From: Candidatus Woesearchaeota archaeon
GTDB lineage: Archaea; Nanobdellota; Nanobdellia; Pacearchaeales; GW2011-AR1
Length of the DNA: 64,000 bases
Direction of reading: 5' to 3'
Assembly (NCBI GenBank): GCA_964598185.1
Contig: CAZRAT010000001.1
Span: 3,419-67,418, forward strand
How positions within the stretch are numbered: the stretch's first letter is position 1; every line of letters begins with the position of its first letter. A program made the translations under genes and the position numbers. Below the pieces are notes generated by a model that searched no databases, was not told the origin of the DNA, and saw only the letters and a program-made list of their open reading frames with translations. Shown here piece after piece: positions 38,458-47,987 of the stretch.

Positions 38458-39063
38458 ATGGTAGAAGAAAAACCAAAGGAAAATCTAAAAGGAGTAAAAG
38501 GACTTTATCATTATTTAAGGCAAGCGTGGAAAAAACCTGACAAAAAAACTCTTCGAGAAAGAATGATTGCGTGGAGGAAATCAGGAGTGTTCACAAAAGT
38601 TGACAAACCACTTAGATTAGATAGAGCAAGAACCCTTGGATACAAAGACAAAAAAGGATTTGTCGTAATAAGAATTCGATTGAAGAGAGGAGGTCACAAA
38701 AGACCACGACCAAACAAAGGTAGAAGATCTAAAAGACTTCACACTAGAAAAAATTTAAAAATGAATTACAAATGGATTGCAGAACAAAGAGTTGAAAGAA
38801 AATATAAAAATCTTGTAGTTCTAAATTCATATCCAATTGGAAAAGACGGAATTCATTATTTCTACGAAGTAATTTGTGTTGACCCAACAAAACCAGAAAT
38901 AAAAAATGACAAAACAATGAAATGGGTTTGTGAACCTACAAACAAAAAAAGAGCAATGAGGGGATTAACTTCTGCAGGAAAAAAATCTAGAGGATTAAGA
39001 AGTAAAAATCCAATGAATAAATCACGTCCAAGTATGAGAGCTGGTGGAAGAAAAGGAAAATAA
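38458..39063 (+). CDS. rpl15e: 50S ribosomal protein L15e
   Basis: RLDRAR.LGY, VLNSY..G.DG, RGLTSAG. Confidence 0.96.
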   Translation: MVEEKPKENLKGVKGLYHYLRQAWKKPDKKTLRERMIAWRKSGVFTKVDKPLRLDRARTLGYKDKKGFVVIRIRLKRGGHKRPRPNKGRRSKRLHTRKNLKMNYKWIAEQRVERKYKNLVVLNSYPIGKDGIHYFYEVICVDPTKPEIKNDKTMKWVCEPTNKKRAMRGLTSAGKKSRGLRSKNPMNKSRPSMRAGGRKGK

Positions 39064-39327
39064 ATGAAAAAATCATTCACAACGGAACAAGCAAAAGAAA
39101 TTGGTGAACAAATAGGAATCAAGTGGGACAAATTTGATATTGAACAATTTCGTATAGGGATGGACGTTGAACTTGAACACGGAACTATTGATTCTAACAC
39201 AAATGTCACAGACGATGATCCATTAACAACAGGCAAAATCGCATTAGCACATCTAAACGAATTCCCAGATTACTATACCAGACTTGACAAAATGGAAAAA
39301 GAAGGGGACAAGTTTTGGAAGAAATAA
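39064..39327 (+). CDS. DUF5661-like small protein
   Basis: GMDVELEH...KIALAHLNEFPDYY. Confidence 0.7.
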   Translation: MKKSFTTEQAKEIGEQIGIKWDKFDIEQFRIGMDVELEHGTIDSNTNVTDDDPLTTGKIALAHLNEFPDYYTRLDKMEKEGDKFWKK

Positions 39328-39357
39328 TCTTAAAAACACCTTCTTCTTAAAATAAAT

Positions 39358-39588
39358 ATGGTGATAAATCTCTTTCAAATAATTGGTACATTAGGATTAA
39401 TCTCTATAATTAATGGAACTTTTTTGTTGACAAAAAAATCAAGAAAAAGAAAAACAATTTTCGCTTTTCTATTATTAGGAGGAATTTTATTAGAAATTTA
39501 TAGTATCTACATAAAAGACCCAATCTTTATAATTCTTCAAGCAGTTTACATAATTGTAGCAATCTACGGATGGTTAAAAATAAAATGA
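39358..39588 (+). CDS. small 3-TM membrane protein
   Basis: hydrophobic; YS....D.IFI.LQ. Confidence 0.6.
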   Translation: MVINLFQIIGTLGLISIINGTFLLTKKSRKRKTIFAFLLLGGILLEIYSIYIKDPIFIILQAVYIIVAIYGWLKIK

Positions 39589-41288
39589 ACTATCTAAAAC
39601 TCGCACAACTTTATGAAGAATTGTCCTCAACAACAAAAAGACTTGAAAAAATAAAAATACTTTCTAAATTCCTTGTACACCTTTCAGATAAAGACAATGA
39701 ACTAATGTATTTATTACAAGGAGACATTTACCCAGAATATGATGAAAGAAGAATTGGTATAAGCAACCAGTTAGCAATAAAAGCTATTTCAAAAGCAACA
39801 GGAACAAACCCAAAAAAAATAATCCAAGAATGGAAATCCGTCGGAGACTTAGGAAAAACTTCTGAAAAATTCACCTTGCACAAAAAACAATCAACACTTC
39901 ATTCACATATTGTAACTACTGAAAAAGTTTTAGAGAACCTAAGAAAACTCCCTGAATTAGAAGGCAAAGGAACAGTGAACAAAAAACTCGCTCTAATCAC
40001 AGAACTCTTAACATCTGCCGAACCCTTAGAAGCCAAATATTTAATCAGAACATTAATCGGGGACTTAAGAATTGGTGTTCAAGAAAGCACAATAAGAGAA
40101 GCAATCTCTTCGGCATTTTTTGATAGAGACAAACACGCATCTGAAATAATCCAAAGAGCAATTGATAAATCAAATGATGTTGCAGAAGTTTTTGATATTG
40201 CTAAAAAAGGTAAAATAAAAGAACTAGAAAAAATAAAACTCCAAGTTGGAAAACCTATCAAAGCCATGTTGGCTCAAAAAGTAAATACAATTAAAGACGG
40301 ATTTAAAGAAGTCGGTCAGCCTTGTGCAATAGAATACAAATATGATGGTTTCAGACTCCTTATCCATAAAAATTCAGAAGGAATAAAATTATTTACAAGA
40401 AGTTTAGAAAATGTCACAAAACAATTTCCAGAAATTGTAGAATACATTGAAAAATATGTTAAAGGAAAATCATTTATCTTAGATTCCGAGGCTGTTGGAT
40501 TTGATAAAAAAACAAAAGAATACAAAGTTTTCCAAGATATTAGTCAGAGAATTAGAAGAAAACACAATATTGAAAGATTACAAAATAAACTTCCAGTAGA
40601 AGTAAATGTTTTTGATATACTTCATTATAATGGAAAATCCCAATTAGATGAACCTTTTGAAAAAAGAACAGCAATAATAAAAAAGATAGTCGAGAATCAT
40701 CCTTACAAAATAATTTGTGCTAAACAAATCACAACTAGTGATGAAAAAAAAGCAAAAGAATTCTACAAAGAAGCATTAAAAAATAATCAAGAAGGAGTTA
40801 TGATGAAAAATCTTAAAGCAGAATATAAACCAGGGAGGAGAGTTGGACATATGATTAAAATAAAACCTGAAGAAAAAGATTTAGATTTAGTAATAACTGG
40901 CGCAGAATATGGAACAGGAAAAAGAAGTGGTTGGTTATCAAGTTTTATACTTTCATGTAAAGAAAATGGAAAATATTTAGAAATTGGAAAAGTTGGCACA
41001 GGCATCAAAGAGAAATCTGAACAAGGAATTTCTTTTGAAGAATTAACCAAACTACTAAAACCATTAATCACAAAAGAAAAAGGGAGACATGTAGAAATAA
41101 AACCAAAAATTGTCGTCTCAGTAACTTATCAAGAAATACAAAAGTCCCAAAACTATGATTCGGGTTTTGCTTTAAGATTTCCAAGATTTACTGCACTCAG
41201 ATTAGACAAACCACTTTCAGAAATAGCAAACATAAATGAAATAAAAAAAGATTTTGAAAAACAAAAAAGAAATTATCATTACGGGTAA
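39585..41288 (+). CDS. lig: ATP-dependent DNA ligase
   Basis: EYKYDG, EGVM.K, ALRFPR. Confidence 0.96.
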   Translation: MNYLKLAQLYEELSSTTKRLEKIKILSKFLVHLSDKDNELMYLLQGDIYPEYDERRIGISNQLAIKAISKATGTNPKKIIQEWKSVGDLGKTSEKFTLHKKQSTLHSHIVTTEKVLENLRKLPELEGKGTVNKKLALITELLTSAEPLEAKYLIRTLIGDLRIGVQESTIREAISSAFFDRDKHASEIIQRAIDKSNDVAEVFDIAKKGKIKELEKIKLQVGKPIKAMLAQKVNTIKDGFKEVGQPCAIEYKYDGFRLLIHKNSEGIKLFTRSLENVTKQFPEIVEYIEKYVKGKSFILDSEAVGFDKKTKEYKVFQDISQRIRRKHNIERLQNKLPVEVNVFDILHYNGKSQLDEPFEKRTAIIKKIVENHPYKIICAKQITTSDEKKAKEFYKEALKNNQEGVMMKNLKAEYKPGRRVGHMIKIKPEEKDLDLVITGAEYGTGKRSGWLSSFILSCKENGKYLEIGKVGTGIKEKSEQGISFEELTKLLKPLITKEKGRHVEIKPKIVVSVTYQEIQKSQNYDSGFALRFPRFTALRLDKPLSEIANINEIKKDFEKQKRNYHYG

Positions 41289-41321
41289 ATTTATAAACTA
41301 ATTTTCATTTAAAAACCCAAT

Positions 41322-41888
41322 ATGGTAGGAAAAAAGTCCAAAAGCGATTATAAAATTCAAAACATCGTTGCTACAACTTCTTTAGGAAAACCAATTCCTT
41401 TAACAAAACTAGCAAGAACACAGCCAAACACAGAATACAATCCTGAAACATTTCCAGGTCTTGTTCTAAGAGTAAAGGAACCGAAATCTGCTGTCCTTGT
41501 TTTTTCTTCAGGAAATCTTGTTTGCACAGGAACAAAATCAGTTTCTCAAGTGAGACAAGTAATTCAAGCAGTAATAAAACAACTAAGAAAAATAAGCGTC
41601 AACATAACAATAAAACCTGTAATAACGGTTCAAAATATTGTTGCTTCAGGCACAATTAATCTCAAACTTAATTTAAATTTTCTGGCATTAGAAATGCAAA
41701 ACACAGAATATGAGCCAGAACAATTTCCAGGTCTTGTCTATAAATTAATAGAACCAAATGCAACATTCTTACTTTTTAGCAATGGAAAACTTGTTTGCAC
41801 AGGAACAAAAAACAAGCAACAACTAGAAATTAGCATGCAACAACTTCTAAAAAATGTCAAAACTGCTTTGAAGAATTATAAGAAATAA
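41322..41888 (+). CDS. tbp: TATA-box binding protein
   Basis: two repeats of NIVA..Y.PE.FPGL..LF..G.LVCTG. Confidence 0.97.
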   Translation: MVGKKSKSDYKIQNIVATTSLGKPIPLTKLARTQPNTEYNPETFPGLVLRVKEPKSAVLVFSSGNLVCTGTKSVSQVRQVIQAVIKQLRKISVNITIKPVITVQNIVASGTINLKLNLNFLALEMQNTEYEPEQFPGLVYKLIEPNATFLLFSNGKLVCTGTKNKQQLEISMQQLLKNVKTALKNYKK

Positions 41889-41946
41889 TTATTTAAAACC
41901 ACTAAAAAGTAATCCTATTTTTCTAAAACTACTTAATAATCCACAT

Positions 41947-41957
41947 AAATTTATAAA
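41947..41957 (+). promoter_or_regulatory. BRE/TATA-like promoter for a leaderless mcm transcript (representative of many genes here)
   Basis: aaatttataaa about 25-30 nt upstream of the ATG; a similar arrangement precedes tbp and RPA. Confidence 0.55.
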
Positions 41958-41980
41958 AACTCTCCCCTATTTTTTTAGCT

Positions 41981-44011
41981 ATGGAAGAAGAGGAAGACCA
42001 ACCAAGACCAAAAAACGAGGAATTAATGATTGAGGCAAAAAATTTCTTTGAATCTTACAAAAAAGAATTAGGAGAATCTTTGAAAAAAGCAGACAATGTT
42101 ATTTATTTGGATTTTATTAAATTGACCGAATTCTCAAACAAACTTGCAGATGAAATACTTTCAAATCCAGAAGAAACTCTAAGTCTTATTGAACAAGCTG
42201 TTGAAGAATCAGGCCTTGTAAAAAACTCCAGAATAAGATTAAAGAATTTACCAAAAATACAAGAGATGAAAATAAGGAACATTCGTTCAAAGCACCTAAA
42301 TGAATTAATCGTTATAGAAGGAATTATTCGTCAAGCTTCAGATGTCTTGCCCCAAGTTGTAAATGCAAAATTCGAGTGCCCAAGTTGCGGAACAGTTATC
42401 TCTGTTTTACAAATTGAAAAAAAATTCAGAGAACCAGCAAGATGCTCGTGCGGAAGAAGGGGCGGGTTCAAATTACTTTCAAAAGAAATGGTTGACACTC
42501 AAAGATTAGTAATTGAAGAATCTCCTGAATCTTTAATGGGGGGAGAACAGCCAAAAAGAATTGATACTTTTGTAAAAGAAGATTTAGTTGAACCGCGAAT
42601 GGAAGAAAAAACAACTCCTGGCGCGCGAATAAAAATCATCGGCATATTAAAAGAAGTTCCTGTGCCCTTATCAACAGGAGGTTTATCAACAAGATTTGCT
42701 CTGGCTGTTGAAGTAAACAACATAATTCCCTTGGAAGAAACTTTTGAAGAATTAGATATAAGCGAGGAAGATGAAAAACAAATTTTAGAATTATCCGAAG
42801 ACCCAGAAGTATTTGAAAAATTAGCAAGAAGTATAACTCCAAGTGTTTGGGGTTATGAAGAAATAAAAAGATCTTTAGTTTTACAATTATTTTCAGGCGT
42901 GCAAAAAGTTTATGCAGACGGACAAAAAAGCAGAGGAGACATCCACATTTTATTAATCGGCGACCCAGGTGTAGCAAAATCAGTAACCTTGGGATTTATG
43001 GCAAACATTTCCCCAAAAGGAAGATATGTTGTGGGCAAATCAGCCTCCGGGGCAGGACTAACCGCAACCGTGGTGAGAGACGAGTATCTAAGGGGTTGGA
43101 GTTTAGAAGCAGGAGCAATGGTATTAGCAAACAAAGGGCTTGTCTGCATAGATGAATTAGAAAAAATGGACCCAGGTGACAGAAGCGCCATGCACGAGGC
43201 AATGGAACAGCAAACTGTGACAATCTCAAAAGCTAATGTGCAAGCAACACTTCGTTCAGAAACGTCTGTCCTTGCCGCCGCAAACCCAAAATTCGGAAGA
43301 TTCGACCCATACCAATCAATAGCACAACAAATTGACTTGCCCCCAACACTAATCAACAGGTTCGATGTTATATTTACATTAAGAGATTTACCAGACAAAG
43401 AAAAAGACAGCAGAATTGCAAGCCATGTTTTATTAGAACATAGAAAACAAGGAGAAACAATGCTTATTCCAAGAGACTTATTTAGAAAGTACATTGCTTA
43501 TTCCAAACAAAGAATAAAACCACAATTAAGCGACGAGGCTGTTGCAGAAATAAAAAAATTCTATGTTGATTTAAGAAACAAACCTGTTTCATCAGATAGT
43601 GCAACAAGACCAATCCCAATTTCAGCCAGGCAGTTGCAAGCACTCATTAGATTGTCTGAAGCCTCAGCAAAAGTAAAACTAAGAGAAATAGTTACAAAAG
43701 AAGATGCTCAAATAGCAATTGGAATCATAAAATATTATTTAACCCAAGTTGGTTATGATTACGAATCCAAAACTTTTGACATTGATAAAATTACATTAGG
43801 TAGAACAGCTTCACAAAGAAATAAAGTGTTTATCGTAAGAGACTTAATAACAGAACTTGAAGACAAAATGGGAAAATTAATTCCTATTGAAGAAATTGAA
43901 AAAGAAATCAAAGACAAATTAACCAAAACAGAATTAGAAGACGCAATCACCGAACTTGTAAAAAACAGCATTATTTTCAAACCACGAAGAGGTTATGTTC
44001 AGAAGATGTAA
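41981..44011 (+). CDS. mcm: MCM replicative helicase
   Basis: Zn finger, GDPGVAKS, CIDE..KM, LAAANP, RFD, C-terminal wHTH. Confidence 0.97.
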   Translation: MEEEEDQPRPKNEELMIEAKNFFESYKKELGESLKKADNVIYLDFIKLTEFSNKLADEILSNPEETLSLIEQAVEESGLVKNSRIRLKNLPKIQEMKIRNIRSKHLNELIVIEGIIRQASDVLPQVVNAKFECPSCGTVISVLQIEKKFREPARCSCGRRGGFKLLSKEMVDTQRLVIEESPESLMGGEQPKRIDTFVKEDLVEPRMEEKTTPGARIKIIGILKEVPVPLSTGGLSTRFALAVEVNNIIPLEETFEELDISEEDEKQILELSEDPEVFEKLARSITPSVWGYEEIKRSLVLQLFSGVQKVYADGQKSRGDIHILLIGDPGVAKSVTLGFMANISPKGRYVVGKSASGAGLTATVVRDEYLRGWSLEAGAMVLANKGLVCIDELEKMDPGDRSAMHEAMEQQTVTISKANVQATLRSETSVLAAANPKFGRFDPYQSIAQQIDLPPTLINRFDVIFTLRDLPDKEKDSRIASHVLLEHRKQGETMLIPRDLFRKYIAYSKQRIKPQLSDEAVAEIKKFYVDLRNKPVSSDSATRPIPISARQLQALIRLSEASAKVKLREIVTKEDAQIAIGIIKYYLTQVGYDYESKTFDIDKITLGRTASQRNKVFIVRDLITELEDKMGKLIPIEEIEKEIKDKLTKTELEDAITELVKNSIIFKPRRGYVQKM

Positions 44012-44045
44012 AAGTTTGATTAAAAGGGGTTATATTCTATTTTAG

Positions 44046-44148
44046 GGAGAATCATAAATAAACTTATGATTCCATGTTATTGCTTGGCTTCGCCCAAATT
44101 TTAATTCTTCTTTTCCTCCCGCCCTAACAAGAGGAGAGATAAGCCCGC
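44046..44148 (+). repeat. left segmented inverted repeat of the GNAT cassette
   Basis: blocks 44046-53, 44099-115 and 44133-148 are complementary to 44814-21, 44758-74 and 44709-24. Confidence 0.8.
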
Positions 44149-44212
44149 ATCCTTCGGACAAATAGTCTAGGCTTAACTCAGTAGAAAAGAATATAAGTTA
44201 TGATTCTTAAGA

Positions 44213-44692
44213 ATGGCTATAGATGTAATTATAAAAACTGCAACAATGGAGGATATAAAAAAGATTCAAGAATTAAGTTTTAAATTATCTAAAAAAGAGC
44301 AAAAAGAATATGATTCTTTATTGGATTTAAGAAAAGACGAATCTAAGCACTATAAAGATAGAATTTCTCAAGATGATAGCTGTGTTTTTGTTGCTATTGT
44401 CAATAAAAAGATTATTGGTTATTTATGTGGAAAATTAGCTAAAACCGGATCTTTCGGACGATTACCTACCGTCTCTGTCGCTGAAATAGAAACCTTCTTT
44501 GTTTTAGATAAGTTTAGATCTAAAGGAATCGGCAAAAAACTATATGAAAAATTTATTGAATGGTGTAAGGCAAAAAAGGTAAACAAAGCAAGATTAGATG
44601 TGCATCATCAAAACAAATTGACATTAAAATTTTATAGAAAAAACAATTTTGAAGATTATTATTTAACCTTAGAAAAAGATTTTCTTTTTTAG
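44213..44692 (+). CDS. GNAT family N-acetyltransferase
   Basis: FV...FRSKGIGKKL, N....FY.K..F. Confidence 0.9.
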   Translation: MAIDVIIKTATMEDIKKIQELSFKLSKKEQKEYDSLLDLRKDESKHYKDRISQDDSCVFVAIVNKKIIGYLCGKLAKTGSFGRLPTVSVAEIETFFVLDKFRSKGIGKKLYEKFIEWCKAKKVNKARLDVHHQNKLTLKFYRKNNFEDYYLTLEKDFLF

Positions 44693-44708
44693 AAAAAAGA
44701 AACAAAAA

Positions 44709-44821
44709 GCAGGCTTATCTCTCCAATACATTGGTCGTCCCACCTCCTCCCCAACCTGAAAAGAAAAATTAAAACTCTGCGAAAATCAAAGATTTTCTTG
44801 CCACGCCTTGCAGGATTCTCC
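44709..44821 (-). repeat. right segmented inverted repeat of the GNAT cassette
   Basis: gcaggcttatctctcc / gaaaagaaaaattaaaa / gattctcc. Confidence 0.8.
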
Positions 44822-44871
44822 ATCCAAAAAATCTCATAAAAACTTATAAACCATAAACTATTTTTCTTCAT

Positions 44872-45501
44872 ATGACCGAACAACAACAATTCAAACGAAA
44901 CATTGCATTTAAATTAAGAATTGGAGATGTCTTAATGGGAAAACCAATAACGGAAGGAGAAAGGTTTTCAAATTTAGAATTGGGAGATAAAAAAATTGTC
45001 AGAGTAAATGTAATCGGCAACATTGTTGACAAATACAACAGCGAAGGTGAAACAAAATTCACTTCATTAACTTTTGACGATGGTTCAGGCCAGATAAAAT
45101 TAAAATTCTTTGGAGATGATGTAGAAAAATTCAAAGAAGTTTCCCAAGGGCAAACTGTCTTAGTTATCGGGGTTCTAAGAAACTGGAACAATGAAACTTA
45201 TATCCAACCAGAGATAATAAAAGAACAAGACACAAAATACCTTCTTGTCAGAAAACTTGAAATTGAAAAAGAAAAAAACAAAACACCAGACCCTGTTGGA
45301 AGAGACCAAATTGTCGCAGTCAAAGACAAAATACTTAATACAATCAAAAACGCAGAAGAAGACGGGGGAATTGAAATGGACAAAGTAATCATGAATTTAA
45401 GAGACATCTCCCCAACAATCATAAACCAAGAAGTCCAAAAACTACTTGAAGAAGGAATTGTGTTTGAACCAAGACCTGGAAGAGTTAGATATTTAGGTTA
45501 A
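44872..45501 (+). CDS. RPA32-like ssDNA-binding protein (OB fold plus wHTH)
   Basis: RVN..G.IV, DDGSG.I, G.VFEPRPG. Confidence 0.85.
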   Translation: MTEQQQFKRNIAFKLRIGDVLMGKPITEGERFSNLELGDKKIVRVNVIGNIVDKYNSEGETKFTSLTFDDGSGQIKLKFFGDDVEKFKEVSQGQTVLVIGVLRNWNNETYIQPEIIKEQDTKYLLVRKLEIEKEKNKTPDPVGRDQIVAVKDKILNTIKNAEEDGGIEMDKVIMNLRDISPTIINQEVQKLLEEGIVFEPRPGRVRYLG

Positions 45502-45511
45502 ATTTATTTAA

Positions 45512-45868
45512 TTAAGAATAATTTTTTTCTAATGTAAAATGCCTGTTTCTCCCAAGGTATGAAACAAAAGACAAAAATAAGGAATCATTTTGTACGAAGG
45601 GGGCATTTAATTTTCGGGTTTCATATTCCTCACCAAATTGAATCGCTTTTTGTTCATAAGAATCATCTTTTAAAGTCATAAAACCAGAATCTATAAGCAA
45701 ATTTATTAGTGCAACTTGTGAACCAGAAGATTTCTTATTTATGGAAATTCCAAGATCTTCATGTAAAGAAGTAGCACAATCGTCAAAAACTTCTTTAACT
45801 AATTTTTCCACTTCTCCTATTCTTTTTTTTCTAGCCACAGTTTCAGAAGTTACATCCCTGATTTTCAT
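45512..45868 (-). CDS. hypothetical protein
   Basis: ORF from MKIRD; no motif. Confidence 0.5.
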   Translation of the reverse strand: MKIRDVTSETVARKKRIGEVEKLVKEVFDDCATSLHEDLGISINKKSSGSQVALINLLIDSGFMTLKDDSYEQKAIQFGEEYETRKLNAPFVQNDSLFLSFVSYLGRNRHFTLEKNYS

Positions 45869-45915
45869 AAAAAATAAAGAAGTGGCAAGTTTATAAAAAT
45901 TTATATTCAAAAGAA

Positions 45916-46455
45916 TTATTTCTTTTTATTCTTAACAGGCTTCCCAAACTTTTTATTAAACCAATAAGCCAAAAATATAACTGCTACCAAACCTAATAAA
46001 GAAATTATAAATCTAAACAATTCTCCTCCATATTGCCAATAACTTCCAGCACCATAAACTAAAGTTCCAACTCCTCCACCCATTAATCCTGCTCCAACTG
46101 CCTCAAGGTGAAAAAGAAATCCTCCAATCAATAAAATCAAAATTCCAAAAGGCAAAGCAACATAAAAAATCTTTTTTGCCCGTTCTTCTCGCGCATCATC
46201 ATAATTTTGTCTACAAGTAAAATCCCTATCACAAAAACCCTCTGCACCTTCAACAGGCTTCACAGCCTCATAAACACTCCACTTGCCCCCAATCTCCTCG
46301 CACCTTTCTTGAGTCTGAATTACTTCTTGTGTTTTCACATCTCCACAAAAATCCTCATATTGTTGAATAGGATAAAAAACACTAATACCATTAATAGTCA
46401 CAAAAATCGTCAATACAACAATTGCAATTCCAAGAATAATGTTCTTCAAACTCAT
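45916..46455 (-). CDS. hypothetical membrane protein with a Cys-rich external loop
   Basis: 4 TMs; C...GGKW...CD...C. Confidence 0.65.
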   Translation of the reverse strand: MSLKNIILGIAIVVLTIFVTINGISVFYPIQQYEDFCGDVKTQEVIQTQERCEEIGGKWSVYEAVKPVEGAEGFCDRDFTCRQNYDDAREERAKKIFYVALPFGILILLIGGFLFHLEAVGAGLMGGGVGTLVYGAGSYWQYGGELFRFIISLLGLVAVIFLAYWFNKKFGKPVKNKKK

Positions 46456-46505
46456 AAAAAATAAAAGACAAAACATTTTATAAACTCTTCTACTACAATT
46501 AAAAT

Positions 46506-46916
46506 ATGACAAACTATGAAGAATTACTTGAACAAGCATACGAAAAAGTGAAACAAGTTGATAATTCTAGCGAAAGATTTAAAATTCCACAAGTTGAAGG
46601 GCATTTTGAAGGAAGAAAGACAGTTTTGACAAACTTTTTCCAAATCGCTTCTCATCTAAGAAGAAAACCAGAACATTTTCAAAAATTTCTCTTAAAAGAA
46701 CTCGCAGCATCAGGACAACAAGAAGAAGACAGACTCATCTTAAATATAAAAGTTTCAAGCGCAAAAATAAATCAGAAAATAGAACAATATGTCAAGGAAT
46801 TCATTCTATGCAAAGAATGCGGAAAACCAGATACAGAATTAACAAAAGAAGACAGACTAACATTTATTAATTGCCTGGCGTGTGGAGCAAAACACAGTGT
46901 AAGGAGTAAAATCTAA
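46506..46916 (+). CDS. eif2b: translation initiation factor 2 subunit beta
   Basis: ERF.IP, T...NF, C..CG.PDT, C.ACGA. Confidence 0.95.
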   Translation: MTNYEELLEQAYEKVKQVDNSSERFKIPQVEGHFEGRKTVLTNFFQIASHLRRKPEHFQKFLLKELAASGQQEEDRLILNIKVSSAKINQKIEQYVKEFILCKECGKPDTELTKEDRLTFINCLACGAKHSVRSKI

Positions 46917-46962
46917 ATCAAAAACCTTATAAAACAAATTCTCTTAGAAAATAAAAGATTCA

Positions 46963-46996
46963 TACCCTAAAAATTTAGGGGTACACCAAGTGGTGT
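46963..46996 (+). repeat. short family A-related double hairpin in a 5' leader
   Basis: taccctaaaaatttaggggtacaccaagtggtgt shares the ggggtac-acc..ggtgt right half. Confidence 0.7.
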
Positions 46997-47025
46997 TGAA
47001 TTAAATTAAATTTGAGGTAAAAAAA

Positions 47026-47175
47026 ATGACAGAAGGATATTGTGTTAAGTGTAAAAAAAAGGTTGAAATGCTAAAACCTGTAGAAAGCAAGACCAAAAAA
47101 GGCACAAAAATTGCCAAAGGGAAATGCCCTGACTGCGGAACAACTGTTTGCAGAATGGGTGGGATAACAAAATAA
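47026..47175 (+). CDS. small basic Zn-ribbon protein (DUF5679-like, 49 aa, below the ORF-track cutoff)
   Basis: MTEGYCVKCKKKVEM...KGKCPDCGTTVCR; GAGGT SD upstream. Confidence 0.85.
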   Translation: MTEGYCVKCKKKVEMLKPVESKTKKGTKIAKGKCPDCGTTVCRMGGITK

Positions 47176-47222
47176 TTAAATTTATTAATTAATTCTTCCA
47201 GCTAGCCACGCTTTGATAGTCG

Positions 47223-47260
47223 TTAGTAAAGTTTTTAACTTTACTAATTTTTATTTTTTT
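47223..47260 (+). terminator. hairpin plus T-tract terminator candidate
   Basis: ttagtaaagtt-ttt-aactttactaa 11-bp stem followed by T runs. Confidence 0.45.
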
Positions 47261-47560
47261 ATGATTTTAATCAAAATACACAAATCTTATCGGGAAGTGG
47301 TTGCTATTTGTGATTCTAATTTAATTGGAAAAAAATTTGAACAAGGAAAATTCCAATTAGATCTTAAAGAATCTTTTTACAAAGGAGAAGAATACAACGC
47401 AAAAAAAACAAAAGAAATAATTAAAAAAACGTCTGCAGAAGACGCAACTTTTAATATTGTAGGAGAAAAATCAATTCAATGCGCAATCGAAACCGGGATA
47501 TTCACAAAAGAAAACACAAAAAAAATTCAAGGCATTCCTTTTGCATTGGTTTTGATCTAA
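47261..47560 (+). CDS. DUF424 family protein
   Basis: VAICD..LIGK, FY.G, N.VG. Confidence 0.8.
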   Translation: MILIKIHKSYREVVAICDSNLIGKKFEQGKFQLDLKESFYKGEEYNAKKTKEIIKKTSAEDATFNIVGEKSIQCAIETGIFTKENTKKIQGIPFALVLI

Positions 47561-47805
47561 ACAATTAATCGGAATTTCTTTTGTTTTTTATCATAAATAA
47601 AAGAATAAGTATTAAGTGTCCCTTCATCTCTTTTGAAAGTCTCTGCACTTGCTTCAGGAAATGTAAAATAACAAAAAGCACCAATAACCAATTCCAAATC
47701 TTTTTTTGCTTCATCTTCTGATTTAAATCCCCAACATGATTGATAGTTCATTTTATTCCAAATCCTATGACCATAAATTTCTTTCATTAGGTTTAACTTA
47801 ATCAA
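47557..47805 (-). CDS. hypothetical protein
   Basis: 82-aa ORF; start uncertain. Confidence 0.4.
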   Translation of the reverse strand: MIKLNLMKEIYGHRIWNKMNYQSCWGFKSEDEAKKDLELVIGAFCYFTFPEASAETFKRDEGTLNTYSFIYDKKQKKFRLIV

Positions 47806-47904
47806 CTATTTATAATAATTTATATGGTCTACAAATATTTCTCCAAAACTTTATAAAACAAAACCTTCTTCTTTTACTATGAAATTAAAACTATTGGCTT
47901 TCAA

Positions 47905-47980
47905 GCGATTTCCATCGGAGGCTCTTGAAGAAATCGCATCACGGAACAAGAAGGGAAATCCAAAAAAACCGCTTAGGTTT
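47905..47980 (+). repeat. hairpin micro-element family B, copy 3 (immediately upstream of aIF1A)
   Basis: gcgatttc-catcggaggctcttgaa-gaaatcgc...aaaacc-gctta-ggtttt. Confidence 0.85.
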
Positions 47981-47987
47981 TGTTGAA

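Noticed and set aside
41322..41888. Short identical DNA stretches between the two TBP halves
   Set aside because: Expected from the symmetric archaeal TBP repeat plus AT codon bias; too short to claim conversion
44700..44724. aacaaaaagcaggcttat resembles the RNase P RNA 3' consensus
   Set aside because: No GAGGAAAGUCC-like 5' partner nearby; fully explained as an inverted-repeat block
44689..44889. 66-aa minus-strand ORF
   Set aside because: Overlies the right inverted repeat and the RPA promoter; no protein-like features
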